DNA from: Patescibacteria group bacterium
GTDB lineage: Bacteria; Patescibacteriota; Minisyncoccia; JAHIHE01
Reading direction: 5' to 3'
Assembly: GCA_018896765.1 (NCBI GenBank)
Contig: JAHILZ010000016.1
Coordinates: forward strand, 1-61,634
DNA: 61,634 nucleotides
In this document: positions 9,703 to 19,669 of the stretch, piece after piece
Layout of the letters: the number at the start of each line of letters is the position of its first letter
Position numbering within the stretch: the stretch's first letter is position 1
Notes under the pieces: model-generated
Told to the model about the DNA's origin: nothing
Seen by the model: only the letters and a program-made list of their open reading frames with translations
The model's database searches: none
Made by a program: the position numbers and the translations under genes

Positions 9703-10002
9703 TTATTTGCCAAGCGCGCCACGGGAAAAACACTTTATATTCTTGACGAGCCCACTACCGGCTTGCATTTTGACGATATTAAAAAATTATTGAATGTCTT
9801 GCACCGTTTGGTTGACGGCGGAAATTCGGTAATCGTGATCGAGCATAATCTTGATGTGATCAAGCAGGCGGATTGGATTATCGATATGAGGCCGGAAGGC
9901 GGGGAGAACGGCGGCCGGATCATTGCTCAAGGCCCGCCGGAAGAAATTATAAAATACAAAGAAAGCTATACTGGGCAGTTTCTTAAAAAAGCGCTGAAAT
10001 AA
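9703..10002 (+). pseudogene. uvrA: uvrA remnant (last ~99 codons only)
   Basis: [24 protein letters not shown]...[29 protein letters not shown] is the C-terminal ABC signature/Walker B region of UvrA. The frame opens right after a stop, and about 840 upstream codons are absent. Confidence 0.8.
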
Positions 10003-10031
10003 AAAAAGAGTAAGGATTTCCCTACTCGTAC

Positions 10032-10391
10032 TTAATTGACTACTATTTTAGATTCCTTGAGGAAGTCGTGCAGTGCATGTATTTCTTGGGTTTTTAATTC
10101 GCTAAATCCTTCATTCAAACCTCCATTTAATGCTTGATACATTAAATTGAAAATTTTATAATCCTGAATGTTGTTTGGTGAAGAATGTACTTTGCGGCAA
10201 ATAACTATATTGAGACATCCTTTGCCAACTTCTACTCTGAGTTCTTTACCAGATACGATAAATTTAGGGTAAAGCCTTAAAAGTTCCTTTATCTCGTATA
10301 TAGTTTCTCTTACCTCTATTGTTTTAGTCTCTTCAAGAAAACACGGGTTTGCTTTCAGTTTTCTTATCTGATTTGTTATATCCAGTGTCGT
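10032..10391 (-). CDS. orphan ORF with strong SD but no canonical start (ACG or CTG)
   Basis: 119 open codons checked by hand. AGGAGG lies 8 nt upstream of ACG (10391) and 14 nt upstream of CTG (10385). The first ATG is only 36 codons before the stop. Confidence 0.35.
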   Translation of the reverse strand, partial: TTLDITNQIRKLKANPCFLEETKTIEVRETIYEIKELLRLYPKFIVSGKELRVEVGKGCLNIVICRKVHSSPNNIQDYKIFNLMYQALNGGLNEGFSELKTQEIHALHDFLKESKIVVN

Positions 10392-10443
10392 TTGTTACTC
10401 CTCCTATATTTGATTAATTTAAGCATAAACTAAAATTTCTAAA

Positions 10444-11097
10444 ATGTCAAGTATTTGTTCGGTTCCAAAATCTACCCACTACTTACTACCTACTACTCAC
10501 TACGCAATCCTTCCTTCCTCGCCCGGCGTGTATTTTTTCCGCGATAAGGCCGGAAAGCTTTTGTATATTGGAAAAGCGATCAATCTTAAGCGGCGGGTGA
10601 GTTCGTATTTTCAAAAAAATCATTTTGATCCGCGAATTGATGCTTACGATATTTCCAATATTTTCGGCGAGTATGCGGTCGGCAGTATGGTGGTCTTTGA
10701 TGATGGGAAAATAGATAAAGACGAATATCGGCGCTTTAAAATAAAAAGCGTAAAAGGAATTTTTGATACGGAAATGCTCGCGGAAGTTTTGAACCGCCGA
10801 TTAAATCATAACGAATGGAAAATGCCGGATTTGATAATTATTGATGGGGGATTGGGGCAATTGAACGCCGTAAAAAAAGTTTTGGAAAATCGAAAATTTA
10901 AAATCCCTTTAATATCCATTGCCAAAGGCCCGACTCGAAAAGGCGAGAAAATGTTTATGACAAAAAATGTTTGCCTAGACTCGAAGAGGATGGCGCCTAA
11001 TTTGGATAGAAAAATGATTCTTGCCGCGCGCGACGAAGCGCATAGATTTGCCATTTTGTATCATCGGAAATTAAAAAAGGGAGGAATGTTTAATTAA
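10444..11097 (+). pseudogene. uvrC: internally deleted uvrC
   Basis: The first ~35 residues of the GIY-YIG domain (GVYFFRDKAGKLLYIGKAINLKRRVSSYF) join directly to the C-terminal endonuclease domain (IDAYDISN, IIIDGGLGQL, RDEAHRFAI). At 217 aa versus about 600, the UvrB-binding and HhH domains are absent. Confidence 0.65.
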
Positions 11098-11294
11098 AAT
11101 AGGGGTTTACTCCGCGCCAATTCTTTGGATATTCTTGTTTTTGAGATAAAGAAAGCTGAAGGCGATGCCGAGAGATTATTGTTTAAATTATAAATTATTC
11201 TCACTTCGGAATTTGGCGCGGGGCTATGCGGGAAGGTTATTAAGTGTTATAATTTTACTATAGATACTAATTTTTAACAGCATTAATTTTATGA

Positions 11295-11374
11295 AACCCG
11301 TTAGAAATACATAAGTTATTTTAATGAGGTTTTAATAATAAATATAAAGCAGATATGGCAATTTTTAACGGGTT
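11295..11374 (+). promoter_or_regulatory. start-codon-enclosing hairpin module, copy 1
   Basis: aacccgttagaaat (11295-11308) pairs with atttttaacgggtt (11361-11374): 13 Watson-Crick pairs plus 1 GU. The 52-nt loop contains the ATG at 11355. Homologous to 42299-42377. Confidence 0.55.
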
Positions 11375-11816
11375 GAATGCCGATGTATTGGTGAAAAATA
11401 AATCGTTTTTACAGTTTGGCAAGTTTTTTATCGTAGGAATTTTAAACACAGGCCTTGATTTTGGCATTTTAAATTTATTGATGTGGTCGACGAATACTTA
11501 CGAAGGGCAATCGATAGTGATTTTTAATACAATATCATTTGCCATAGCGGTAACCAATAGCTATATTTTGAATAAATATTGGACTTTTGGCGATAAAAGT
11601 AAAGAGCAAGCTCCTCAACAATTTGCGAAATTTATTGGCGTTTCAGGGGTTGGCTGGGGTTTGAATACGGGAATTGTTTATTCGGTAACTACTTTAATAA
11701 GCCCGATTTTCGGCTTAGGCCCGGCGCTGTGGGCGAATATCGCCAAAGCAATGGCCACAGGGGTGGTTCTTGCGTGGAATTTCGCGGGATATAAGTTATT
11801 TGTGTTTAAAAAGTAG
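11355..11816 (+). CDS. GtrA-family membrane protein
   Basis: Four TM helices and GtrA-like motifs (FGKFFIVGILNTGLDFGILN, NKYWTF). Confidence 0.75.
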   Translation: MAIFNGLNADVLVKNKSFLQFGKFFIVGILNTGLDFGILNLLMWSTNTYEGQSIVIFNTISFAIAVTNSYILNKYWTFGDKSKEQAPQQFAKFIGVSGVGWGLNTGIVYSVTTLISPIFGLGPALWANIAKAMATGVVLAWNFAGYKLFVFKK

Positions 11817-11820
11817 GAAA

Positions 11821-11907
11821 AGTATCAAGTATTAAGTATCAGGTATTAAGTATAAAATAAGGCAAAATTAGATTTATACATAATACTTAATACATAATAC
11901 TTAATAC
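11821..11907. repeat. intergenic hairpin built from gtattaagtat words
   Basis: agtatcaagtattaagtatcaggtattaagtata faces tatacataatacttaatacataatacttaatac. Confidence 0.65.
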
Positions 11908-11976
11908 AAAAAAGCGGATTATGTTAATGATTTTTTATTATTAATAAAACTTGTAATTAGAAAAAAAACAATTATT

Positions 11977-13686
11977 ATGAGCCTTGTTCTATATCGCAAA
12001 TACCGGCCAAAAAATTTCAGCGAGATTATCGGCCAAGAAAAAATAGTAAAAATTTTGACCTCTGCGGTTAGCTCCGGAAGAGTGGCTCACGCGTATCTTT
12101 TTACCGGTCCGCGCGGCACGGGAAAAACCACCATTGCCAGAATTTTGGCTAAAGTCATAAATTGTACGGGAAGAAAGGGAGGTGAACCTTGCAATGAATG
12201 CGCGAACTGCATTGCTTTAAATACCGGAAGAACTTTTGATGTTGTTGAAATTGACGCGGCTTCCAATACAGGAGTGGATAATATCAGGGATCTTAAGGAG
12301 AGCATCGGTTTTTCTCCGGCGCTTTTGAAATACAAAGTTTTTATTATTGATGAAGCGCATATGTTAAGCAAGGGCGCTTTTAACGCTTTGCTTAAAATGC
12401 TGGAAGAGCCGCCGGAACACGCTATTTTTATTTTGGCTACTACTGAAATTCACAAAATCCCGCCGACAATTATTTCTCGCGCGCAGAGATTTGATTTTAG
12501 AAAATTCCGCCTTGACGAAATGATAGAAAGATTAAAAGAAATAGCCAAGCAGGAAAAAGTAAAGATCGAAAAAGGCGTGATGGAAGTGATTGCTTTGTCC
12601 GCCGATGGGGGAATGAGGGATGCCGAGAGCATGCTTGGGCAGATAATTTCGCTTGAGGCGCCGGGAGAGGAAATAAAACTCGCGGAAGTAAAAATGGTTT
12701 TAGGGCTGACCGACACGGAGTCTGTTTTGAAATTTGTCGGATTTATGTCAAAAAATCAGTTTAAGGAAGCGATAATTTTTTTGAATGATATAACTTTTGA
12801 AGGGCAGGACTTGGAGCAGTTTGCCGGTTCGCTTATAGATATTTTGAGGAAAATTACGATTTTGAAAACGAATAGGGATTTGAAAAAATATGTAATAAGC
12901 GATTCTACCGAAGAGCAGGCGGAAAGATTATTAAAACTCGCCGATGTTTTTAGCGAGCAAGAATTGCTTTGGATATTTAAAAAAATGATTACGGCGAAAA
13001 ATGAAATTAAATCAGCAGTCTTGCCTCAAATACCTTTTGAAATAGCTTTGATCGAATATGATATGTTTAAAAATAATCGCGGCGCGCTATTTGGTAAAAA
13101 AATTGAAAATGTGCCCGAGATCAAAAAAGAGCCGAAAGCGGAGGTTGTGGCTAAAAAAAAATTAAATGATAGCGATTCCGAATTAAAAACTAAAGAAATA
13201 ATTCAAGCGAAAGAAACTGTTAAAGAAAAAAAAATGTGGAAAACAGAGAAGATTCAGCAAAAAAATGAGGTGGAAACAGAAAAAGAACCGGAAATAATTG
13301 AGGTTGCGGAAAATTCAGACACGGAATCAGGTAGGGTTGGGATTGAAGAAGTAAAGGCGAACTGGAATCAAATATTGAGAACCGCCAAGAAATATAATCA
13401 TTCTATCAGCGCGTTTTTAAAATTATCGGCGCCTCAAGAATTTAAAAAAGATATGCTGATGCTTGCAACACCGTATAAATTTCACGCGGAAAAACTCAAT
13501 GATTCTTCCAATCGAAAAATAATCGATAAGGTTTTGCTTGAAGTGTTTCCGGCTTCTAAAAATATCAAAGTTACGGTTATTCAAGATGAAAATGTAAAAG
13601 TGGTCAAACTGCCCGAAGCGCCAAAAAAAATAGGGGATGAAAGAGTAGACGCCGCGCTGGATGTTTTTGGAGGAGAATTGGAATAA
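11977..13686 (+). CDS. dnaX: DNA polymerase III subunit gamma/tau
   Basis: AAA+ clamp-loader motifs: GPRGTGKTT, a zinc module CNECANC, IIDEAHML and SRAQRF. Confidence 0.9.
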   Translation: MSLVLYRKYRPKNFSEIIGQEKIVKILTSAVSSGRVAHAYLFTGPRGTGKTTIARILAKVINCTGRKGGEPCNECANCIALNTGRTFDVVEIDAASNTGVDNIRDLKESIGFSPALLKYKVFIIDEAHMLSKGAFNALLKMLEEPPEHAIFILATTEIHKIPPTIISRAQRFDFRKFRLDEMIERLKEIAKQEKVKIEKGVMEVIALSADGGMRDAESMLGQIISLEAPGEEIKLAEVKMVLGLTDTESVLKFVGFMSKNQFKEAIIFLNDITFEGQDLEQFAGSLIDILRKITILKTNRDLKKYVISDSTEEQAERLLKLADVFSEQELLWIFKKMITAKNEIKSAVLPQIPFEIALIEYDMFKNNRGALFGKKIENVPEIKKEPKAEVVAKKKLNDSDSELKTKEIIQAKETVKEKKMWKTEKIQQKNEVETEKEPEIIEVAENSDTESGRVGIEEVKANWNQILRTAKKYNHSISAFLKLSAPQEFKKDMLMLATPYKFHAEKLNDSSNRKIIDKVLLEVFPASKNIKVTVIQDENVKVVKLPEAPKKIGDERVDAALDVFGGELE

Positions 13687-13797
13687 GAAAAGAAGAAGGC
13701 TTGATTTTTTTGTTATTTTACGCTAGAATACATAAGAATTTAAGCTTTATGCTTAAATTGTTTTGTTATTGCGGGATTCGCGTAGATTTATAATAAT

Positions 13798-13869
13798 TGG
13801 GGAGTAGCCAAGTGGTAAGGCAACGGGCTTTGAACCCGTCATTCGTAGGTTCGAACCCTACCTCCCCAG
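13798..13869 (+). tRNA. tRNA-Gln (anticodon UUG)
   Basis: Hand-folded cloverleaf with acceptor tggggag/ctcccca, anticodon loop ctTTGaa and T-loop ttcgaac. CCA is not encoded. Confidence 0.85.
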
Positions 13870-13884
13870 CATTGTTTCAATTTT

Positions 13885-14496
13885 ATGAAAATATTTCTCG
13901 CCACAAACAACGGAGGAAAAATAGAGCGATTTAAAAATCTTCTAAAACAAGTTGATAAAGATTTAAAAGTTTTTACTCAAGCGGATTTAAATATCGAGGC
14001 GATAGATGTTATAGAAAATGGAAAAACTCTGGTAGAGAACGCAAAACTAAAAGCTATGGCGTACTTGGGCAAGGTTGATATGCCAATTCTTGCGAATGAC
14101 ACGGGATTTTATGTGAAAGGAGATGGGTTTGTTGATGCGCCAAAAAGAAAAGCTTTGGGAGAAGCAAATGAGAATACTTTATCAAAAGAGGAAATTTCCA
14201 AAAAACTTTTAAATTTTTGGAAAGAAGTTGCGACTAGGCATGGCGGGAAAGTAGACGCGGCCTGGGTTGAGGCTTTTGCGGTTGTATATCCAAATGGCGA
14301 GACAAAAGAAGCTGAATCCCGAAGAGAAATACTTTTGACTAATCAAGAATTTGGAATTCCGCATATGCAAATGCCGGTTCGCGCTCTTTATTATTCAAAA
14401 ATTACGAACAAGCCCGCAATTCAACATACCCAAGAGGAAGAGATTTTGGAAATGAAGCCTGTCATAGACGCTTTGATTAAGGTTTTGGGATACTGA
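13885..14496 (+). CDS. Ham1/RdgB-like non-canonical NTP pyrophosphatase
   Basis: The N-terminus KIFLATNNGGKIERF, ENAKLKA and LANDTGFYV resemble the Ham1 family pattern. Confidence 0.55.
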   Translation: MKIFLATNNGGKIERFKNLLKQVDKDLKVFTQADLNIEAIDVIENGKTLVENAKLKAMAYLGKVDMPILANDTGFYVKGDGFVDAPKRKALGEANENTLSKEEISKKLLNFWKEVATRHGGKVDAAWVEAFAVVYPNGETKEAESRREILLTNQEFGIPHMQMPVRALYYSKITNKPAIQHTQEEEILEMKPVIDALIKVLGY

Positions 14497-14622
14497 AATA
14501 AATTACAATATTGTTCTGCAAAGACAACAACTTAAAAACCCTTTTTGGGGATTTTTATTTGATTTATTGGGGGATTTTGGTATACTTAAATTATAAACAA
14601 GAAAACAAATATTTATTATTCT

Positions 14623-15561
14623 ATGCAAAGTCAAACAGATCTTAAGCAAAAACTAGAAAATATCAGTAAGGTATTTAAAATTGAAGATGTTTTGAGTATA
14701 AAAACAAGCAATGAATATACACAAAAATATTATCAAGTAAATAAAATTCCTTATTCTTTATTTCATACAAAAACTGATTTAATATATATGGGAGTAAGCA
14801 GGGATGGTATTTACAAAGAAAAAGATTTACTTGAAGCGGCAAAAACAGTAGAAAAATATTTAAAAAATCTAAATGGAAATAAGGTTTTAGAACTAGCAAC
14901 AGGCAGAGGAGCAAATTCATTTTATTTAGCTCAAAAATTCCCTGCAGCAAAATTCTATGGGGTAGATATATCTAGAGGTCAATTGGATTTTGCTTTTAAA
15001 AAAGCAAAGGGAATTAATAATTATTTTCCTAATTTTGGAGATTATCATGACTTGAGCAAGTTTGAAAGTGGAACATTTGATATTGTTTTTGTTGTTGAAG
15101 CATTATGTTATAGTATGGATAATGACAAAGTTTTGGCGGAAGTTTATCGTGTTTTGAAAAAAAATGGTGTTTTTATTATATTTGACGGGTATTTAAATAA
15201 AAAAATAAATCAATTAACTAGCGATGAAAAAATTGCTTCAGGATTAACGGAAAAAGGTATGGCGGTAGAAAAATTTGAACTTTATGATAGTTTAATTAGT
15301 AAAGCGAAAGAAAACAACTTTAAGATAGAATTTGAAGAAAATGTTTCACAATTCGTAATTCCTACCATGGAACGTTTTGAAAGAAAAGCTGCTTTGTTTT
15401 TTAAATTTCCAAAATTAGCAAAACTATCTTTGTATGTTTTTCCAAAAGAATTTCTTTACAACGCGATATCGGGATATTTATCCGCTACACTGATGAAAAT
15501 TAATGTTTGTAGTTATATGATAACTGTACTGAAGAAAGATAATTTTTTAAATAATGACTAA
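14623..15561 (+). CDS. class I SAM-dependent methyltransferase
   Basis: Motif I VLELATGRGANS, GVDIS and the post-I/II pattern. Confidence 0.75.
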   Translation: MQSQTDLKQKLENISKVFKIEDVLSIKTSNEYTQKYYQVNKIPYSLFHTKTDLIYMGVSRDGIYKEKDLLEAAKTVEKYLKNLNGNKVLELATGRGANSFYLAQKFPAAKFYGVDISRGQLDFAFKKAKGINNYFPNFGDYHDLSKFESGTFDIVFVVEALCYSMDNDKVLAEVYRVLKKNGVFIIFDGYLNKKINQLTSDEKIASGLTEKGMAVEKFELYDSLISKAKENNFKIEFEENVSQFVIPTMERFERKAALFFKFPKLAKLSLYVFPKEFLYNAISGYLSATLMKINVCSYMITVLKKDNFLNND

Positions 15562-15642
15562 TTCAAGCTTATTCTTTATCAAATAAATTCCAACATCGTC
15601 CCACAAGGCCAGCAAGTAAATAAAATTAGATCATTGTTCCAA

Positions 15643-15667
15643 AAAGCGCTATCCACACGCTTTTTTG
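15643..15667 (+). terminator. intrinsic terminator
   Basis: aaagcg / cgcttt stem followed by a T-run. Confidence 0.5.
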
Positions 15668-15792
15668 TTTAAGATAAGCCAAAAATTTTTTATTAGTCTT
15701 TACGGGCGACTTAAAATATGCTACTATATCGTTATGTGAATATTGGGCGAAGCTGGTAAAAGAACGGGAAATATTAAATATTTAAGCAAAAC

Positions 15793-17406
15793 ATGAAAAA
15801 AAATCTTCAATTGAGGGAGCCTGTAACTATCTATATTGAAAAAATCAAAAAAATTAATAGAAAATCTCTGGAAAAGCAGTCGATGGATCGCATTAAGGTA
15901 AGCTACGCGGCAAGCACCATTTCTTTTTTATACGAAAAAATAAGAAACACCGTTGATTATAAAGAAGAGTTTTTACTCCGCAAGTACGCGATTGAACGCA
16001 TTTTGAATCGCCTTATTTTCATTGAAAATAAAAAAAATGGAATAGGCGAAGCGCTGTTGTCGGATCTTATCAGGGGCAGATATTTTTTAAACGATACTAT
16101 CAGCATTGATAAAATTGCCGAAACAGACCAAATTATCAAAAAATATCTTACTTTTTTTGACAAGCCAAGCTTCGCTGATATAAAAAAAGGAGATGCCAAT
16201 AAGATCATTGATTGGTTTATTGGAATAGCGGCTTTTGAAATTGAAAAAAATTTGGTATCGTATGACAAAGAAGAAGCGCTTTGCGAATTTATCTATAATA
16301 TTGTGTGCAAGGATATTATAATCAAAGACGGATTTTTAAACGAAAGGCAGGAAATTACTCAGACTTATTTGGCAATTTTAAGAGCCGCTTTGCGGGCGGA
16401 CAGATCAATTCTTTCTTATTATTTAATGAAAGCTTATTGGCCGGATTGGTTTGGCGAGAATTGGATCTTGGTGAGCGATGAATTGGCTAAGAATATTCTT
16501 TCGACAAAAAGCATCATCGACAAAGAGATTAATCATCCTGTTGCTGAAAGGTTTTTAAGATTTTTTAAGCGCCGCGCCGTAGTTTATTTTATTATTTCCG
16601 ATTTGATAGTAAAAAACGCCTCGGAAACCGAAGAAAAAATGCTATCCTCGAAACTTAATTTTCTTGAAGACATACAAGAAGCCTGCGCGTTCAGGTATGA
16701 AAAAGCGAGAGAAGTTTTATCCAGAACATTCAAGCGAAGCGTTGCTTATATTTTTGCGACCAAGATCGCTTTGGCTTTTATAATCGAGGTGCCGTATGAA
16801 ATGTTTACGATGGCAAAAATTAATTATACATCATTGAGCATTAATGTTATTTTTCACCCCTCTTTGATGTATGTGGTCGGCTCATCGATTAAAATGCCGA
16901 AGGAAAAAAATACGGCGCAGATTATTCGCGAGGCAGAATATGTGGTATATAAGAAGAAAAAATCAGAGACCCCCCCTTATATCAATAAATTTTCTTTTTC
17001 CCAATCATCTTTTTCGGGCGGATTATTTTTTATATTCTACGCCGCGATGTTTATAATTACTTTTGGGCTTATTATTGCCGTATTGAAAAAATTGGAATTT
17101 AATTTTGTCAGCGGAGCGCTTTTCATATTTTTTATAAGCGTGGTTAGTTTTTTCGCTTTCAAGATCAGCCGGCCGGTCAGAGAGCTTATTGTAATTGATA
17201 AAAATGACAGCTTGGTTGATATTGTGCTTGATTTTTTCTTTATTCCCGTAATGCATTTTGGCCGCTGGCTGTCTGAGAGTTTTTCTCAAATAAATATATT
17301 CGTTTTTGCTTTGGATTTTATTATTGAAGCTCCTTTTAAAACGCTTATTAAGATTTTTGACGATTGGGTGAAATATTTGAAAGAGAAAAGAGAAGAGATG
17401 ATGTAG
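15793..17406 (+). CDS. large hypothetical membrane protein
   Basis: 537-aa ORF with a soluble N-terminal two-thirds and several C-terminal TM helices. No family recognised. Confidence 0.5.
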   Translation: MKKNLQLREPVTIYIEKIKKINRKSLEKQSMDRIKVSYAASTISFLYEKIRNTVDYKEEFLLRKYAIERILNRLIFIENKKNGIGEALLSDLIRGRYFLNDTISIDKIAETDQIIKKYLTFFDKPSFADIKKGDANKIIDWFIGIAAFEIEKNLVSYDKEEALCEFIYNIVCKDIIIKDGFLNERQEITQTYLAILRAALRADRSILSYYLMKAYWPDWFGENWILVSDELAKNILSTKSIIDKEINHPVAERFLRFFKRRAVVYFIISDLIVKNASETEEKMLSSKLNFLEDIQEACAFRYEKAREVLSRTFKRSVAYIFATKIALAFIIEVPYEMFTMAKINYTSLSINVIFHPSLMYVVGSSIKMPKEKNTAQIIREAEYVVYKKKKSETPPYINKFSFSQSSFSGGLFFIFYAAMFIITFGLIIAVLKKLEFNFVSGALFIFFISVVSFFAFKISRPVRELIVIDKNDSLVDIVLDFFFIPVMHFGRWLSESFSQINIFVFALDFIIEAPFKTLIKIFDDWVKYLKEKREEMM

Positions 17407-17515
17407 CGCAAGTTAAAAGTTGTTGATTTTTATTTAATTATTTGATATAATTGGCTATATTCCGCTTTCGCGGATAAATTAATTAAACTAATATAAAATA
17501 ATTAAGAAATAAAAT

Positions 17516-17842
<327 letters not shown>

Positions 17843-17914
17843 AATTACATGGATAAAATAAAACAATTATAATGCGCTGCCATTATAATTGTTTTACAAC
17901 AGAAGAATAAAACA

Positions 17915-18553
17915 ATGGTTTTAAATAGGATAATTAAATATTTGACAATTTCTGACCTTGCTTTGCTTTCCGGGTTTTCTTTTATTTCGCCGATTTTTCC
18001 TCTTTTTATAGTTGATAAAATTCAAGGTGGGAATATGGAGGTAGTGGGTTTTGCCATAGGAATAAATGTTTTGGTGCGGGCGGTTTTACAGCTTCCGATC
18101 GCGAAATATTTGGATAAAAAACGGGGAGATTTGGATGAATATTATTTTACGATAATAAGCACCGTAATGCTGGCCGTAACACCACTTCTTTATTTAGTAA
18201 TTTCAACGCCCGCTGAACTCTATGTAGTTCAAATTATTTATGCTGTTGGATTTGCAATGAATTATCCGGCATGGATGTCTCTTTTTACGCGGCACGCCGA
18301 GCGAGAGCGGGAAGGTTCTCAATGGGCGGTTTGGTCGGCTGTAACCGGAATAGGCGCGGCAGTAGCCGCGGCAGTAGGCGGTGTAATCGGGGAAAGATAT
18401 GGTTTTTCTACTGTATTATGGCTGGTTTTTATTGTTACGATTTTCGGGGCGATCAGCCTTTTTAAAATTTACGAACCTCTTAAGGCGCCTCACGAGCATC
18501 ATAAAATAAAACAAAAAGAAGCTTTTGAAATAAAAGAAGGGGAGATGAAGTAA
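17915..18553 (+). CDS. half-size MFS-like membrane protein
   Basis: About 6 TM helices with an MFS-like loop (KYLDKKRGD). Only about half the length of a normal MFS transporter. Confidence 0.4.
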   Translation: MVLNRIIKYLTISDLALLSGFSFISPIFPLFIVDKIQGGNMEVVGFAIGINVLVRAVLQLPIAKYLDKKRGDLDEYYFTIISTVMLAVTPLLYLVISTPAELYVVQIIYAVGFAMNYPAWMSLFTRHAEREREGSQWAVWSAVTGIGAAVAAAVGGVIGERYGFSTVLWLVFIVTIFGAISLFKIYEPLKAPHEHHKIKQKEAFEIKEGEMK

Positions 18554-18608
18554 AATCATATATGTTTAAATGCTAAAATGATTTATGCTAATATGCTAAA
18601 ATGAATTT

Positions 18609-19529
18609 ATGATTTACGATTTAATCATTCTCGGCGCCGGGCCGGCGGGTTTAGCGGCTTCAATTTATGCTTCTTATCACAAGCTTAGCCATTTGGTGAT
18701 CGGCGATATAATTGGCGGCACTGCCACGGAAGCCGTAAAAATCAAAAATTGGCCCGGAACCGAAATGATTAGCGGCGTCGAATTAATGCAAAAGTTCCAA
18801 TATCACGCGGAAGGATTGGGAGGAAAAATAGTTCAGGCAAAAATCGCGGGGCTGAAAAAAGGCGAAGAATATTTTGAAATCAATACCAATTCTGAAAATT
18901 ATCAAGCCAAAGCGATTTTAGTCGCTTTGGGCACTCGCAGGCGAAAAATGAATATTCCGGGCGAGGATAAATTTTTAGGCAAAGGAGTAAGTTATTGCGC
19001 GACTTGCGATTCGATGTTTTTCAAAAATAAAACAGTATCGGTGGTTGGAGGAGGAAATTCAGCCGCTATGGCTGCCTCGCTTTTGGCTGAACATGCCAGT
19101 AAGGTATTTTTAATCTATCGCGGCGCTGAACTGAGATGCGAACCTGCTACTGTTGATCAATTGAAGGCGAATTCTAAAATAAGCATAATTTACAATACAA
19201 ATGTTTTGGAAGTAAACGGGGATAAAAAAGTGGAAAGTATTATCCTTGATAATGATTATCAAGACAGCAAGATACTTAAAGTTGATGGGATATTTGTGGA
19301 AATAGGCGCAATGCCAAGTTCGGATTTGCTGAATGAGCTTGGCGTAAAATTAAACGAACAGGGGTATGTGGCGGTAGATCAATGGGGGAAAACTAATGTT
19401 TCCGGCGTTTACGCGGCAGGGGATATAATCAGCAATACGCCCGGTTTTAATCAGATTATTACCGCCTCTGCCGACGGCGCCACGGCAATAAACGCGGTTT
19501 ATAAGTATTTGAAAGAAGTGAGAAAATAG
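18609..19529 (+). CDS. trxB: thioredoxin-disulfide reductase
   Basis: GAGPAG FAD motif, CATCD redox centre, GGGNSA NADPH motif. Confidence 0.85.
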   Translation: MIYDLIILGAGPAGLAASIYASYHKLSHLVIGDIIGGTATEAVKIKNWPGTEMISGVELMQKFQYHAEGLGGKIVQAKIAGLKKGEEYFEINTNSENYQAKAILVALGTRRRKMNIPGEDKFLGKGVSYCATCDSMFFKNKTVSVVGGGNSAAMAASLLAEHASKVFLIYRGAELRCEPATVDQLKANSKISIIYNTNVLEVNGDKKVESIILDNDYQDSKILKVDGIFVEIGAMPSSDLLNELGVKLNEQGYVAVDQWGKTNVSGVYAAGDIISNTPGFNQIITASADGATAINAVYKYLKEVRK

Positions 19530-19640
19530 ATTTTATTTTAATTAACCCGATTTCTAATTGATCTAATTAACCTAATTAAATCTTAATGATTAATTTCTAA
19601 TGATTTTTTGTCATTAGAAATTTGAGAATTGGACATTGAT

Positions 19641-19668
19641 TAGAAATTAGAAATTAGAAATTAGAAAT
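19641..19668 (+). repeat. tandem 7-mer (tagaaat x4) abutting the gdh start codon
   Basis: tagaaattagaaattagaaattagaaat, preceded by the hairpin atttctaatga/tcattagaaat. Confidence 0.8.
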
Positions 19669-19669
19669 T

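Noticed and set aside
11098-11290. Possible ncRNA or residual uvrC HhH coding sequence downstream of the truncated uvrC (long-range stem ccgcgccaattc / gaatttggcgcgg).
   Set aside because: The translation does not resemble the UvrC HhH region, and a single 12-bp long-range stem is insufficient evidence for an RNA gene. It remains unassigned.
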